A stretch of 45,554 nucleotides of DNA. It comes from Candidatus Bathyarchaeia archaeon (GTDB lineage: Archaea; Thermoproteota; Bathyarchaeia; Bathyarchaeales; Bathycorpusculaceae). Positions 17,699 to 28,447 of the stretch are shown one piece after another. The stretch covers positions 1-45,554 of the forward strand of contig JBEKXL010000018.1 in NCBI GenBank assembly GCA_049512075.1, read 5' to 3'. A program made the position numbers and the translations under genes. The notes under the pieces are model-generated. The model was not told the origin of the DNA and made no database searches. It was given only the letters and a program-made list of their open reading frames with translations. The stretch's first letter is position 1. Every line of letters begins with the position of its first letter.

Positions 17699-20608
17699 AT
17701 GCGTGAAGAATCTTCGAATTCCGGGGTTTTCGGTTTATTCGCAAAACCAGTGCGCTCCGCTCTAGCCGAACTGGGCTTCTCAGAAGCGACTCTGCCCCAG
17801 AAAATGGCAGCCTCACCCATCCTGGCCGGGGAGAACGTGCTTCTGCTTGCGCCCACAGGGAGTGGAAAAACCGAGGCGGTTCTTCTTCCCATCTTCTCCA
17901 AGCTTGTTCAGCAGGCGCCGAGAAAGGGGATAGCCGTGATCTACGTTACGCCTTTGAGGGCTTTGAACCGTGACCTTTTGAAGCGATTGTCATTCTGGTC
18001 TTCTAGGCTCAGTATTTCAATCGAGGTCAGGCATGGAGACACTGAGTTGAAGCTTAGGAGGAGGCAGGCGATATTCCCTCCCGACATGCTTGTCACGACG
18101 CCTGAGACTCTTCAAGCAATTCTTCCAGGTTCGCGCATGAGGCAACACTTGCGAGGTGTACAGTGTGTAGTAGTGGACGAAGTGCACGAACTCGCTTCCA
18201 GCAAACGTGGGGTTCAGCTTGCAGTTGCACTAGAGAGGTTGCGCGAGGTTGTCGGTAGGGAGTTTCAGAGAATCGGCTTGTCAGCCACGGTAGGGAATCC
18301 GGATAAAGTTGCGCAGTTTCTCGCTGGAGCTGAGAGAAGCGTCAGGATAGTAGAAGCCGTTTTGCCCAAGGGCTACCGCTATCACGTCGAGAACCCCGTT
18401 CCTGTTGAGGCAGATTATGACTTAGCAAGGACGCTCAACACGTCACCGGAAGCGGCTGCAAGGATTAGACGCGTGAAGGAGCTCGTCGACAGTCACGAGT
18501 CAACCCTGATTTTTGTCAACAGCAGAACAGTTGCCGAGATGCTGGGCTACAGATTCAATCAACTCGGACGAAAGGACATTGCCGTGCACCACGGTTCTCT
18601 GTCAAAGGAAGAACGCTCACAGATTGAGGATGAGTTTAAAGCCGGCGGCCTGAAAGCAATCGTCTGCACGAGCACTTTGGAGCTTGGAATCGACATAGGC
18701 CACGTTGACCTCGTCATACAGTATCTCTCGCCAAGGCAGGTTAGCAGCCTAATCCAAAGAGTGGGACGCAGCGGCCATCGTTTAGACATGGTTTCCGAAG
18801 GCGTCATCATCACAGCCTTTCCAGACGACACTCTTGAATCTGTCGCAGCAACGAGAAACGCTCAAGCGGGCAGGCTTGAACATGTTCTCATCCAGGAAAA
18901 CGCGTTGGACGTCCTGGCGCACCAAATCGTCGGAATCCTAATGGACAAGGCAACGGTGAACTCGAAGGAGCTTCTAGCTTTGCTGCGGCGGGCCTACCCC
19001 TACCGAAAGCTTACGCAGACCCTTCTTTGGGACGTAATATGCTTTTTAGAACGTCTGGGAGAAGTAAGGATTGACCAAGAAGGCAAGGGTTTGACGAAAG
19101 GCCGCAACAGCCGAAAGTACTACTACGAGAACCTGTCGATGATTCCTGACGAAAGACGCTACCCGATTGTCAACGTGATTTCGGACAGGAAAATCGGCAG
19201 CTTAGGCGACGAGTTCATGGCACTAAAAGCCCGTGTGGGCTTGAATTTCATCATTAAAGGCCAAGTCTGGCGAATAGTCCAGATTGAAGAGGAAACCGGA
19301 ACGGTCTACGTCGTGCCTTCGGAAGATCCTTTAGCGGCTGTTCCGGGCTGGGACGGTGAGATGTTGCCCGTTCCATTCGAGCTTGCCAAGGAAACTGGAC
19401 AGCTTCGAGAAAGAATCGCGAAAGCATTGAAGGAAACTGGAAAAGCTGAGGCCACGGCAGAGGAGCTCGCGGAAAAGTTTTCAACCGACAAGTCTACGCT
19501 GTTTAGCGCTGTTCAGGAAGTTGAAGAGCACCTGAAACAGGGGGCCCCATTGCCAACCGACAAGCACATCGTCGTTGAAGGTTTTGAAAAGTTTCTGATC
19601 GTTCACGCATGCTTCGGCGAAATGGTGAATCGCACCTTGGGCTGTATCTTCGACTCCGTCCTTTCTGACAGGGAAATCATCGTGGGCTGGTGGAATGATG
19701 GTTATCACATACTGATTGAGACGCCCAGGAAGCTAACCCGACAAGAATTGGAGAATACTTGTGCACGTCTGTTCAGCCTTACAAGTCAAGAGACCGAACA
19801 GGCTTTTGAAGCATACTTGGAGTCGAAGTTTCCGTTTTCGTACAAAATGAAGTTCGTCGCCGAACGGTTCGGCGCCCTCCCACGCGGGAAGACCATGAGC
19901 TACGAACGGCTAAGTCAGCTACCCAAACGATTCATGAACACACCCATCCTCGATGAAACGTTACGCGAAGCCATGATTGAAAAAGTAGACATCAAAAAAG
20001 CCAAAGAGATCATGCGCGCCGTGGGCAACGGTAGAATCAAAGTCAGCACAACGTTTAGCCAAGAGAAACCCACACCATTGGCCTATCACATGCTTGCAAA
20101 GTTCTCTGACATGTCAGAGCTGATGGCTCCTGAAAGATTGTTGCTGAGCAACATAGACAGAATGAAAAAGGCAATAGACGCTAGAACAGCGTCGCTGCTG
20201 TGCATGTCTTGCGGTCAATGGGCTGAGGAAGAGAGAATAAGAGACATGCAAGAGCAGCCCGTGTGCCGAAAATGCGGTTCAAAACTCTTGGCACCTCTAT
20301 ACCCAAGCCAAGACGCCGAACACGTGTACGAAGTGTTGAAGAAAAGGCGCGAAGGAAAAGAGGTTTCCGAGGAAGAACTCAAGGAACTGACTCAGGCAAG
20401 ACGCACAGCAGACCTGGTACTGAGCTACGGGAAGAAAGCAGTCGTAGCATTGGAAGTGAAAGGTGTAGGGCCGGAAACAGCTTCCAGAATTCTTGGAAAA
20501 ATGCATCCCAGAGACGACGATTTTTTCATGGATCTGCTGAAAGCGAAAATCCAGTACCTGCGAACGAGAGAATACTGGAAAGACAGACAAGAGCGAAGAG
20601 TAAGCTGA
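17699..20608 (+). CDS. lhr: Lhr-family ATP-dependent helicase
   Basis: APTGSGKT, DEVHEL, GLSAT, TSTLELGIDIG, QRVGRSGH; C-terminal CxxC..CxxC and HhH (GVGPETA). Confidence 0.93.
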   Translation: MREESSNSGVFGLFAKPVRSALAELGFSEATLPQKMAASPILAGENVLLLAPTGSGKTEAVLLPIFSKLVQQAPRKGIAVIYVTPLRALNRDLLKRLSFWSSRLSISIEVRHGDTELKLRRRQAIFPPDMLVTTPETLQAILPGSRMRQHLRGVQCVVVDEVHELASSKRGVQLAVALERLREVVGREFQRIGLSATVGNPDKVAQFLAGAERSVRIVEAVLPKGYRYHVENPVPVEADYDLARTLNTSPEAAARIRRVKELVDSHESTLIFVNSRTVAEMLGYRFNQLGRKDIAVHHGSLSKEERSQIEDEFKAGGLKAIVCTSTLELGIDIGHVDLVIQYLSPRQVSSLIQRVGRSGHRLDMVSEGVIITAFPDDTLESVAATRNAQAGRLEHVLIQENALDVLAHQIVGILMDKATVNSKELLALLRRAYPYRKLTQTLLWDVICFLERLGEVRIDQEGKGLTKGRNSRKYYYENLSMIPDERRYPIVNVISDRKIGSLGDEFMALKARVGLNFIIKGQVWRIVQIEEETGTVYVVPSEDPLAAVPGWDGEMLPVPFELAKETGQLRERIAKALKETGKAEATAEELAEKFSTDKSTLFSAVQEVEEHLKQGAPLPTDKHIVVEGFEKFLIVHACFGEMVNRTLGCIFDSVLSDREIIVGWWNDGYHILIETPRKLTRQELENTCARLFSLTSQETEQAFEAYLESKFPFSYKMKFVAERFGALPRGKTMSYERLSQLPKRFMNTPILDETLREAMIEKVDIKKAKEIMRAVGNGRIKVSTTFSQEKPTPLAYHMLAKFSDMSELMAPERLLLSNIDRMKKAIDARTASLLCMSCGQWAEEERIRDMQEQPVCRKCGSKLLAPLYPSQDAEHVYEVLKKRREGKEVSEEELKELTQARRTADLVLSYGKKAVVALEVKGVGPETASRILGKMHPRDDDFFMDLLKAKIQYLRTREYWKDRQERRVS

Positions 20609-20645
20609 TCTGATAATGCAAGCATGGCGCTTGGTCGACGAGAGA

Positions 20646-23150
20646 CTATTTTTGTTCCTTCCTTTTCAGCATGTTCTCTAACAACGGCCGCATCTTGGCG
20701 TTTTCTGCTTGTATCTTATCCTTGCCTAGCACCTGCATCTGCCCGGCTATTTCCTTCACGACTTCTGCGAATTTGATGCCTTCAGCCGCTGAGACATATT
20801 CTACACGTAGTCTCTCCGGACTCATGCCGAGTTTCTGCAGCATCGGCGCCAATGCATCCATTCGGGCCTTCATCTTGTAGTTCCCGCTGATGTAGTGACA
20901 GTCGTACGGAAGATGGCAAGCACCAACCATGACCATGCCAGCGCCAAGCCTGAAAGCTTCAAGGACGAAATCTCGATCGACTCTTCCTGAACACATGACC
21001 CTGATAGGCCTTATTATAGAGGGATATTCAAATCTACTCGTACCCGCGAGGTCTGCGCCAGCGTAGCTGCACCAGTTGCACAGGAACGCCAATATCTTGC
21101 CCTCCGGGTTCGTTTCCAGCGCGGCTCTTATTTGGGACACTATTTGCGCGTCCGTGAAGTGCTTTTGAGTTATCGCGTCGGCTGGGCATTCGGCGACACA
21201 TGTGCCACAGCCGTGACACATTGCGCTCATCGTCTGTGCAACTTGGCCTTCGGGTGCTATAATAGCACTGTAGGGGCAGGCCTTAGCGCAGAGGCCGCAT
21301 TTCACTTTGGTGTTGCGGCATCTTGCAGGGTCAACCAACGCCACGATAGGCTGGATTTTATAAGTCGGTTTGGAAAGGATTGTTGCTGCCCTTGCCGCCG
21401 TCCCCATGCCTTGAGAAACGCTGTAGGGAACATCCTTTGGTCCTTGGCATCCTCCTGCGACGAAGACACCGTCTGACGGCGTATCTATGGGCTTCAGTTT
21501 TGGATGACTTTCCATGAAGAACCCGTCACTCCCGCGGCTGATATTGAAAACCCTAGCAACTTCTTCTGAGCCTTGACTCGGCATTGCGGCCGTTGCTAAA
21601 ACGACCATATCGCTTTCGACTTCGACAGGTGTGCCGTCTTCTTTTTCAGCACAGACTACGAGTTTTTTTGTTTCCGGATTTTCACTTACGTTCCTGTTTG
21701 TTAGTTTGACACGAACGAAGTTGATGCCTAGCTGCTGAGCTTTCCTGAACAGTTCCTCGTACCCTTTTCTGTTGGCACGCATGTCCGTGTACAACACGTT
21801 GATTTTCAGTTTGTCGTCGTATTTTTCTTTGAGGAAGACGGCGCTCTTGAGTGTGAGCATGCAACAGAAGCCTGAGCAATACTCGAACTTGTTCACGTCT
21901 CTGGAACCGACGCATTGTATGTATGTGATGCTCTCAGGCATTTTGCCGTCTGAAGGTTTCCGAAGCTCTCCAATAATCTGGGTGTTTGTGTCTATAATTC
22001 TCTCAAGCTGCAAGGCTGTTATGACGTCCTTGTGTTTGCCGAAGGCATAGTTTGGCAGATCGTATGGCTCATAGATATCGTACCCTGTTGCTACCACCAT
22101 GCAGCCGACTTCAAGTTTCTCTTCGGAGGGCTCTTGTTTAAAATCCACAGCATCTACGGGACAGATTTCTTGACATTTCTTGCAGCTCCCGTCTTTGAAG
22201 TACAAGCACGTTTCTTTGTCAATCGTGTAAGTGTTGGGCGTGGCATAAGGGAATGGCAGGTAGATAGCTTTGCGTTTCCTCATTCCGGCGTCAAACTTGT
22301 TCGGCGTTTCAACCGGACATACCTCGGAACATTTGCCGCAGCTTATGCACTTGTCTTCGTCAACGAACCTCGGCCTTCTTGCAATGGTCGCTTTGTAGCT
22401 TCCTATGACACCTTCAACGTGTTTAACATCTGTGTACGCAAGCAGTTTGATTCTTGGATGAACGGCCACAGCACCGATTCTTGTGGCAACACACGAGAAC
22501 CTCGGACAGTGAATCTGCTGCGGACAGTTTGAACATTCGAAGACTGGAAAGCTCTTGCCGAGCTGAGCCATGTGACCGCCTATAATTTCAGCTCGGTCAA
22601 CTAGGTAGACCTGATAACCAATCTCTGCAAGGTCAAGGGCAGCACTTGCGCCGGCAACGCCTGCACCTACGACTAGTGCCTTATTGGTCACTGGAACCTC
22701 GATCACGTCCAGTGGTTCAAGAAGCCTTACTTTCGCAACCGCCATCTTGACGAGTTCTTTGGCTTTTTCGGTCGCCTCTATGGGCGCATTCTGATGGCAC
22801 CACGAAGAAAACTCGCGGATGTTGGCCATTTCATAGACGAAAGGGTTTAGCCCGGCTTCGGACACAGTTCTGCGAAAGGTGGGTTCATGCATCCTAGGCG
22901 AACATGCGGCAACCACAACACGGTTCAATTTGTGTTCTCTTATGCCCTTTCGGATTTCTTCCTGACCTGGATCGGCACAGGTGTAACGGTTTGTCTTAAC
23001 GTAGACCACGTTTGGGAGTTTGCGGGCGTACTCGGCCACGTCCTCAACATCTACGGTGCCAGCAATGTTGAGACCACAGTAACACACGAAAACGCCGATG
23101 CGAGGTTCCTCTGCTTTTGTCAAGAGAGTTGGACTAGACTGCTCAGTCAT
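20646..23150 (-). CDS. hdrA: Heterodisulfide reductase subunit A fused to MvhD/FlpD
   Basis: GVFVCYCG, ACSPRMHEPTF, GAGVAG FAD site, QCVGSRD, ferredoxin domains; C-terminal CNWCSYAGAD, RVMCSGRVD, GACH..DCHY (MvhD). Confidence 0.93.
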   Translation of the reverse strand: MTEQSSPTLLTKAEEPRIGVFVCYCGLNIAGTVDVEDVAEYARKLPNVVYVKTNRYTCADPGQEEIRKGIREHKLNRVVVAACSPRMHEPTFRRTVSEAGLNPFVYEMANIREFSSWCHQNAPIEATEKAKELVKMAVAKVRLLEPLDVIEVPVTNKALVVGAGVAGASAALDLAEIGYQVYLVDRAEIIGGHMAQLGKSFPVFECSNCPQQIHCPRFSCVATRIGAVAVHPRIKLLAYTDVKHVEGVIGSYKATIARRPRFVDEDKCISCGKCSEVCPVETPNKFDAGMRKRKAIYLPFPYATPNTYTIDKETCLYFKDGSCKKCQEICPVDAVDFKQEPSEEKLEVGCMVVATGYDIYEPYDLPNYAFGKHKDVITALQLERIIDTNTQIIGELRKPSDGKMPESITYIQCVGSRDVNKFEYCSGFCCMLTLKSAVFLKEKYDDKLKINVLYTDMRANRKGYEELFRKAQQLGINFVRVKLTNRNVSENPETKKLVVCAEKEDGTPVEVESDMVVLATAAMPSQGSEEVARVFNISRGSDGFFMESHPKLKPIDTPSDGVFVAGGCQGPKDVPYSVSQGMGTAARAATILSKPTYKIQPIVALVDPARCRNTKVKCGLCAKACPYSAIIAPEGQVAQTMSAMCHGCGTCVAECPADAITQKHFTDAQIVSQIRAALETNPEGKILAFLCNWCSYAGADLAGTSRFEYPSIIRPIRVMCSGRVDRDFVLEAFRLGAGMVMVGACHLPYDCHYISGNYKMKARMDALAPMLQKLGMSPERLRVEYVSAAEGIKFAEVVKEIAGQMQVLGKDKIQAENAKMRPLLENMLKRKEQK

Positions 23151-25200
23151 GCTTTTTCAACTCCCTTTTCATGACTGCCTGAATTTGGGCCACAATCTGG
23201 CAATCCGAATAGTTCGGCATCGTTATAGCGTCCATTGGACAGGCAGAACTGCAGATTCCACAGCCCCGGCACAAGCCCTCAGTGACTTTGGCTGTGGATT
23301 TGTCCCCGGCTTTTTCAACGTTAATCGCGTGGTAGCTACAAGCTGATTCGCATACTCTGCAGCCACTGCACAGCTCGTCATTCACTTTTGCAACCAGTGG
23401 CTCAACCGTCCATGAGCCCTTGCTCAGGGCAGAGGCGGCTTGAGCCGCTGCAGCGCTTCCTTGAGCAACGCTGTAAGGAATGTCTTTTAGGCCTTGACAT
23501 GCACCTGCCAAGAATATACCTGGCACCTCAGTGTCAGTTGGCCTGATTTTGGGCTGACATTCAGCGAAGAATCCGTCCTTGCCTAAGGGTATCTTGAGGA
23601 TTTTTGCCAGTTCGGACGCTGCCTGTGATGGAATGGCCGCGTTTGCAAGCACAACCATTTCTGCCTCTACAGAGACGGGCTTGCCGTCTTCATTTTCACC
23701 GCAGACTGTGAGGTTTTTGGTTTGCGGGTCCTCAGTTATCCTTCGGTTCTCAAGCTTGACTCTGATGAATTTGACCCCGGATTTCTGGGCCCTGTTGAAG
23801 AACTCCTCGTAGCCCTTGAAGTTGCTTCTCATGTCGTTGTAGAACACGTAAACCTCGATGGCATCCCTGTACTTCTCCTTAAGCATGACTGAATGTTTCA
23901 GAGTGTACATGCAGCAGAAGCTTGAGCAGTACTCGTATCTGTTGATGTCACGAGAGCCTACGCATTGCATGAACGCAACGGAATGAGGCTTCTGTCCATC
24001 TGAAGCCCGAATTACTTTCCCTCCTGTTGGACCAGCTGCAAGTATAAGCCTCTCGAACTCCATTGCCGTGAAAACGTTCGAGAACCTGCCGTAGCCAGTC
24101 CACGCCAAATCCTTGGGATCATACATGCCGTAGCCAATTGTTACAACTATCGCCCCCACGTTAACCTCGATCTCTTCAGGCTTCTGGTCAAAGTTTATTG
24201 CCTCACGAGCCCCGCAGGCGTCAACACACTTGTAACATTCAATACAATAGTCGCGGTTAATGGTGTGCGTAAGCGGGACAGCTTGGCCAAACGGGATGGA
24301 TATCGCCTTTCTCGCGCCAAGATACATGTCTGCATAGTTGGGATATTCTATGGGGCAGGCGTCTCTGCATTCACCGCAGCCGGTGCAGTTTGCAGCTATG
24401 ACGTAGCGGGGGTTTTTCCGGATTTTCACCTTGAAGTTGCCAACGTACCCTTCGACTTTCAACACGTCAGCATAGGAGATTATTTCAATGTTGGGATGCC
24501 TGCCAACGTCAACCATTTTGGGACCTTCGATACATATGCTGCAGTCAAGTGTTGGAAACGTCTTGTCCAGCAGCGCCATGTAGCCGCCTATGGTTTCGGT
24601 CTTTTCAACCAGGTAGACCTTGAAACCCATGTCGGCCAGGTCTAGGGCAGCGTTGATTCCAGCGATTCCTCCGCCGATGACCATGACCTTCTTTGTCACA
24701 GGCAATTCTATTGGCTTTAATGGTTCGAGAAGTCTTGCTTTGGCAACAGCCATTCTGACCGTGTCTTTTGCTTTTTCATTTGCCTCTCCAGGCGTGGTTT
24801 GGTGACAGTAGGATGCAAACTCCCGGATGTTCGCCATCTCAAAAAGCCATGGATTAAGCTCTGCTCTAGACACGCAGCTTTGAAAGGTCGGTTCGTAAAG
24901 CCTCGGTGAACAACCAGCGACAACGACACGTTCTAGCTTGTTGTTCTTTATGGCGGCGATGATCTCGTCCTGACCTTGACGGCTGCAAGGATAATTCATG
25001 TTCTCTGCATGCACCACGTTGGGCAGAGTCTGGACATACTTTGTTAAAGCATCCACATCTATTATCGAGGCTATGTTTGAACCGCATTGACAGACAAAGA
25101 CCCCGATTCTGGGGCTTTCAGCCTCGGGTCTAGCTTTCTTCTGTCTGGGTTTTGTTTTTTTCCTGGCAGTGTCAACGCTCTTCCTGATTTCTTTAGACAC
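23143..25200 (-). CDS. hdrA: Heterodisulfide reductase subunit A
   Basis: GVFVCQCG, GGGIAG, LDKTFPTLDCSICI, QCVGSRD..YCS..CCMY, C-terminal ferredoxin. Confidence 0.94.
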   Translation of the reverse strand: MSKEIRKSVDTARKKTKPRQKKARPEAESPRIGVFVCQCGSNIASIIDVDALTKYVQTLPNVVHAENMNYPCSRQGQDEIIAAIKNNKLERVVVAGCSPRLYEPTFQSCVSRAELNPWLFEMANIREFASYCHQTTPGEANEKAKDTVRMAVAKARLLEPLKPIELPVTKKVMVIGGGIAGINAALDLADMGFKVYLVEKTETIGGYMALLDKTFPTLDCSICIEGPKMVDVGRHPNIEIISYADVLKVEGYVGNFKVKIRKNPRYVIAANCTGCGECRDACPIEYPNYADMYLGARKAISIPFGQAVPLTHTINRDYCIECYKCVDACGAREAINFDQKPEEIEVNVGAIVVTIGYGMYDPKDLAWTGYGRFSNVFTAMEFERLILAAGPTGGKVIRASDGQKPHSVAFMQCVGSRDINRYEYCSSFCCMYTLKHSVMLKEKYRDAIEVYVFYNDMRSNFKGYEEFFNRAQKSGVKFIRVKLENRRITEDPQTKNLTVCGENEDGKPVSVEAEMVVLANAAIPSQAASELAKILKIPLGKDGFFAECQPKIRPTDTEVPGIFLAGACQGLKDIPYSVAQGSAAAAQAASALSKGSWTVEPLVAKVNDELCSGCRVCESACSYHAINVEKAGDKSTAKVTEGLCRGCGICSSACPMDAITMPNYSDCQIVAQIQAVMKRELKKHD

Positions 25201-26134
25201 GTTGTTCCTCCTTCAAGCCCATTCTCTTTTTCACGGATTCTCTTGCCCTCAGAGAACGCTTGGCTTTCAGTTCTTTAGTCATGTCGGTTGGCGAAGTCAG
25301 TCGTTCCAGAGCCTTGTTCCAAGCTCCTGAACGGACGGGGGTATGGTTGATGCGCGTTCGCTTAAAATCAAGGGCTTCATCAACCGGACAAACGATCTTG
25401 CAGGCTCCACAGTAGACGCAGAACATTTCGTTTTCGTGTACCTTCTTGTCACCATCAGAAAGGTAAAGTGCACCTGTAATCGGACAGACATCTAGACAAT
25501 CTGTACACCCTTCGGGACAATTTTCACGTTTGATGGCAAGCTTCCCTGAAAGTATCCTTCGCACGTGCATTGCGCCCTGTGGAAGCTTTGCTTCGCATAT
25601 CCCGCAGCATGGACAATGTTCTTTGTCAACTTCAACCTTCATCCTGAGCGCATGCTGTTCAGATTCGTTCAGAGAACAGGAATCTTCCACCGGTTTTCCT
25701 TCGGCGGTCGAATAGTGGACTTTAATCAGGTTGATCGGACAGACATCTTCGCTCTTGTCACGATCCATGGGAAACTTGCTTGCATCAGCTTTGATGTCGC
25801 GGATCAATTGAGGAAAGCTTTCCTTGTCCAGAACTGAGAGGAGGTGTTTTCCGTCTACAGTTACAGTGATCGCCCCGTATGGGCACAAAATGTCGCATAT
25901 TCCGCAGAAGTTGCATTTGGATAGGTCAATATCTACTTTGGCCTTTTGGGTTTTTTCTCCGACGGTTTTGGATTGTTTTTCTATTCTGATTGCTTCTTTC
26001 GGGCAGGCTAGACTGCAGATTTGGCAACCGACGCACCTATTTTTGTCAAGGTTGAGCTTGTAATTCTTAACGTGCATTATCCACTCTAATGAAAGTTCTT
26101 CCGCCGTGTCTTTCTTTAGCGTTTGAAACGGCAT
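25193..26134 (-). CDS. Polyferredoxin (FwdF-like)
   Basis: Multiple CxxCxxCxxxCP motifs; CPEGCTDCLDVCP and CVYCGAC..VCP..AL...R ending typical of FwdF-like proteins. Confidence 0.8.
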   Translation of the reverse strand: MPFQTLKKDTAEELSLEWIMHVKNYKLNLDKNRCVGCQICSLACPKEAIRIEKQSKTVGEKTQKAKVDIDLSKCNFCGICDILCPYGAITVTVDGKHLLSVLDKESFPQLIRDIKADASKFPMDRDKSEDVCPINLIKVHYSTAEGKPVEDSCSLNESEQHALRMKVEVDKEHCPCCGICEAKLPQGAMHVRRILSGKLAIKRENCPEGCTDCLDVCPITGALYLSDGDKKVHENEMFCVYCGACKIVCPVDEALDFKRTRINHTPVRSGAWNKALERLTSPTDMTKELKAKRSLRARESVKKRMGLKEEQRV

Positions 26135-26408
26135 CAGTCAACACGCCCTCCAATCTCCATGTCACAGGAATCATGACGGAGCGTTCCGAATACAGAATCG
26201 GCGGGCATCATTAACAAGCGATCCTTCCTTATAGAATGGTTTGTGAGGTCAAACTCTTAATATAAACATTACTTGCCTCTTCCGAAGGATTCTACATATG
26301 GTTCACAGGGTCTTAACTTGGATCCTAACGTTGGAATTCTGCGTAAAAAAGCGCAGAAGAATCAAGACTTGGGCAGGATTAAAACTCGCTGTTAGAAATT
26401 ATAGCATA

Positions 26409-26960
26409 TTATGCTTTGGTGCACACTGCCACGTAACACTTTAAGCCTTCATTCCTCATTGCTATGATGTTCAAGCCTGCGTTCTTCAGTAGCTGTTCAA
26501 GTTTGCTTCTTGTGAAGACTTTCTTCAAGCCTGTGACAACTATCAAGGCGTCGTCTTTGACCACACGTCTGATTTCGTTCAACGTTTCAGTCTGACGGGG
26601 CATGTTCTGAATGAGGGTAATTGCAAAAACTCTGTCGAAAACCTTGTCTCTCAGGGGCATGTTGTCAGCATCAGCCCAAACCAAATGCACACTTGCATGA
26701 TTCTTAGCCCGTTCTTTTGCCTTAAGCAGAGTTTTTATGGAAACATCTACACCGACAGTCATCCGTGCTTCGTCGGCGACGTAACTGAACAAGATGCCTG
26801 TTCCGCAACCAACGTCCAAAACCACGCCAGCCTTGACTACCACGTGTCTGAGAGCCGCCTCAATCTTTGCAGCTTGTTCCTCAGCGTATCGCATATCGTA
26901 AATTCGCGCGGTCACGTCATAGCGTCGCATGATGTCTCGTTTCTTGTCCCAAACACTCAT
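26409..26960 (-). CDS. Class I SAM-dependent methyltransferase
   Basis: VLDVGCGTG, ADADNMPLRDKVFD. Confidence 0.88.
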   Translation of the reverse strand: MSVWDKKRDIMRRYDVTARIYDMRYAEEQAAKIEAALRHVVVKAGVVLDVGCGTGILFSYVADEARMTVGVDVSIKTLLKAKERAKNHASVHLVWADADNMPLRDKVFDRVFAITLIQNMPRQTETLNEIRRVVKDDALIVVTGLKKVFTRSKLEQLLKNAGLNIIAMRNEGLKCYVAVCTKA

Positions 26961-27020
26961 CGCAAGCCTTCAGAAATCTTATGTGTGGACAAGTCTTCTA
27001 AGGCTATTGGCGAAGACGCA

Positions 27021-27803
27021 TTGTCAAGTTTCAGACCTTTAACCGTCTTGGTCGAACCGAACGCTTCAGAAGCTGAATACGTCGCAAGAATGGCGATTTC
27101 CCACCACAGAACACTGCTTATTGTCGGCAAATGCTCCGTCGACTACGTTGGCAGAGCAAAATCAAAACTCGAGCCTGGCGAACGCATCCTGATAGTGAAA
27201 ACCGACGGGTCCCTCCTTGTTCACCGTTCAACAGGTTACGAACCGGTCAACTGGATGCCCGGAGGCAACGTCATCTTCCACGTTCAAAGCAGAGAACAGG
27301 CGCTAGAAATACGTGCTGTAAGGCAAAAACCCCCAGAATCCGTCAGGGTCTCTTTTGACAACATTCGGCTGGTCACAGAGCTAAGTCTCGTGGACGCTGC
27401 AGAATTCTCATTATATTCGAGCGAAGAGGACATGCAGAAAGCTGTGCTGCTTAAGCCTGAGCTCTTGGAAGAAGGATTCAAAATCATAAGCTGGGAAAAA
27501 AAGGTTGAACCAGGCTTCATTGACGTTTACGGCACCGACAAAGATGGAAGGCTTGTTGTCGTGGAGATCAAGCGGAAAACGGCTGGAAAAGACGCAGTGC
27601 TTCAGCTCGCCAAATACATCGAAGCAATCAAGAGCAAAGCTGATCGCGAAGTGAGAGGAATACTCGCGTCCCCTGACATCGCAAAAGACGTTCAAAGATT
27701 GCTGGCGACGTTCGGCATGGAATTCAAACACTTGGACCCGCGAAAATGCGCAGAGACACTCCGTCGAGCCGAAAACAGAAAATTAGCGGAGTACTTCAAG
27801 TAA
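27021..27803 (+). CDS. nucS: Endonuclease NucS/EndoMS
   Basis: YVGRAKS, KTDGSLLVH, PVNW, SEEDMQ, GFIDV, VVEIKR, AVLQLAKY. Start trimmed to TTG 27021. Confidence 0.93.
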   Translation: MSSFRPLTVLVEPNASEAEYVARMAISHHRTLLIVGKCSVDYVGRAKSKLEPGERILIVKTDGSLLVHRSTGYEPVNWMPGGNVIFHVQSREQALEIRAVRQKPPESVRVSFDNIRLVTELSLVDAAEFSLYSSEEDMQKAVLLKPELLEEGFKIISWEKKVEPGFIDVYGTDKDGRLVVVEIKRKTAGKDAVLQLAKYIEAIKSKADREVRGILASPDIAKDVQRLLATFGMEFKHLDPRKCAETLRRAENRKLAEYFK

Positions 27804-28023
27804 AACACAAACTAGTCGCTAGGTTTCTCGCACCCGTCCTCCCTTTTCTCCATTTCGCGGCTTTAGGAACAAAAAGATTTAGCCTGATTAGGGCATGCAT
27901 CATGGTTCTTGCTTGAATTTGCGAGCGTTCGAGCAAATTGTTTATAAGGATGAATGCCAACGATACATGCAGCGTGTAAGAATCAATTTTCTGCACAGCC
28001 AATGTAAGGAGTTGAAAGAGTTA

Positions 28024-28161
28024 ATGTATGAAAAAGAGACACATAAGGCAGTCTGCGCTGATTGCGGAAAGGAATGCGAAGTTCCCTTCAAACCCGACGG
28101 AAGCAGGCCAGTATACTGCCGAGAATGTTATGCTAAACGAAGACCACCGCGAAGATATTAG
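28024..28161 (+). CDS. Small CxxC-x17-CxxC zinc-ribbon protein
   Basis: MYEKETHKAVCADCGKECEVPFKPDGSRPVYCRECY. Confidence 0.88.
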   Translation: MYEKETHKAVCADCGKECEVPFKPDGSRPVYCRECYAKRRPPRRY

Positions 28162-28197
28162 GTTGTAAGCTAACATCTTTACAGATTTTTAAAAACC

Positions 28198-28214
28198 TTT
28201 TTTCTTTTTTTATT
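28198..28214 (+). terminator. Oligo-T terminator
   Basis: Long T tract about 35 nt after the stop codon. Confidence 0.6.
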
Positions 28215-28447
28215 ACTAGCACATCGTGGAATTAGGCATTTTCTTTGTCCTTCGCTATTCTCTTCGTATCTATTGTATCACTCTGGCGCAAGTTGACGGC
28301 TGAAGCCAGCGAGGCAGCCTGAGGGGAGACGGAAAACTCGAAAGAGAAGCCAAAGAATTACGTCTATTTATTTAGCGCGCAAACCTATCGAAAGAGAATA
28401 GTCGCCAGCGCGTAATCTGCTCGGATGTGCCAGAATTGCTTTACACG

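Noticed and set aside
26685-27020. N-terminal extension of the nucS ORF
   Set aside because: Antisense to the methyltransferase gene; NucS similarity starts only near 27021.
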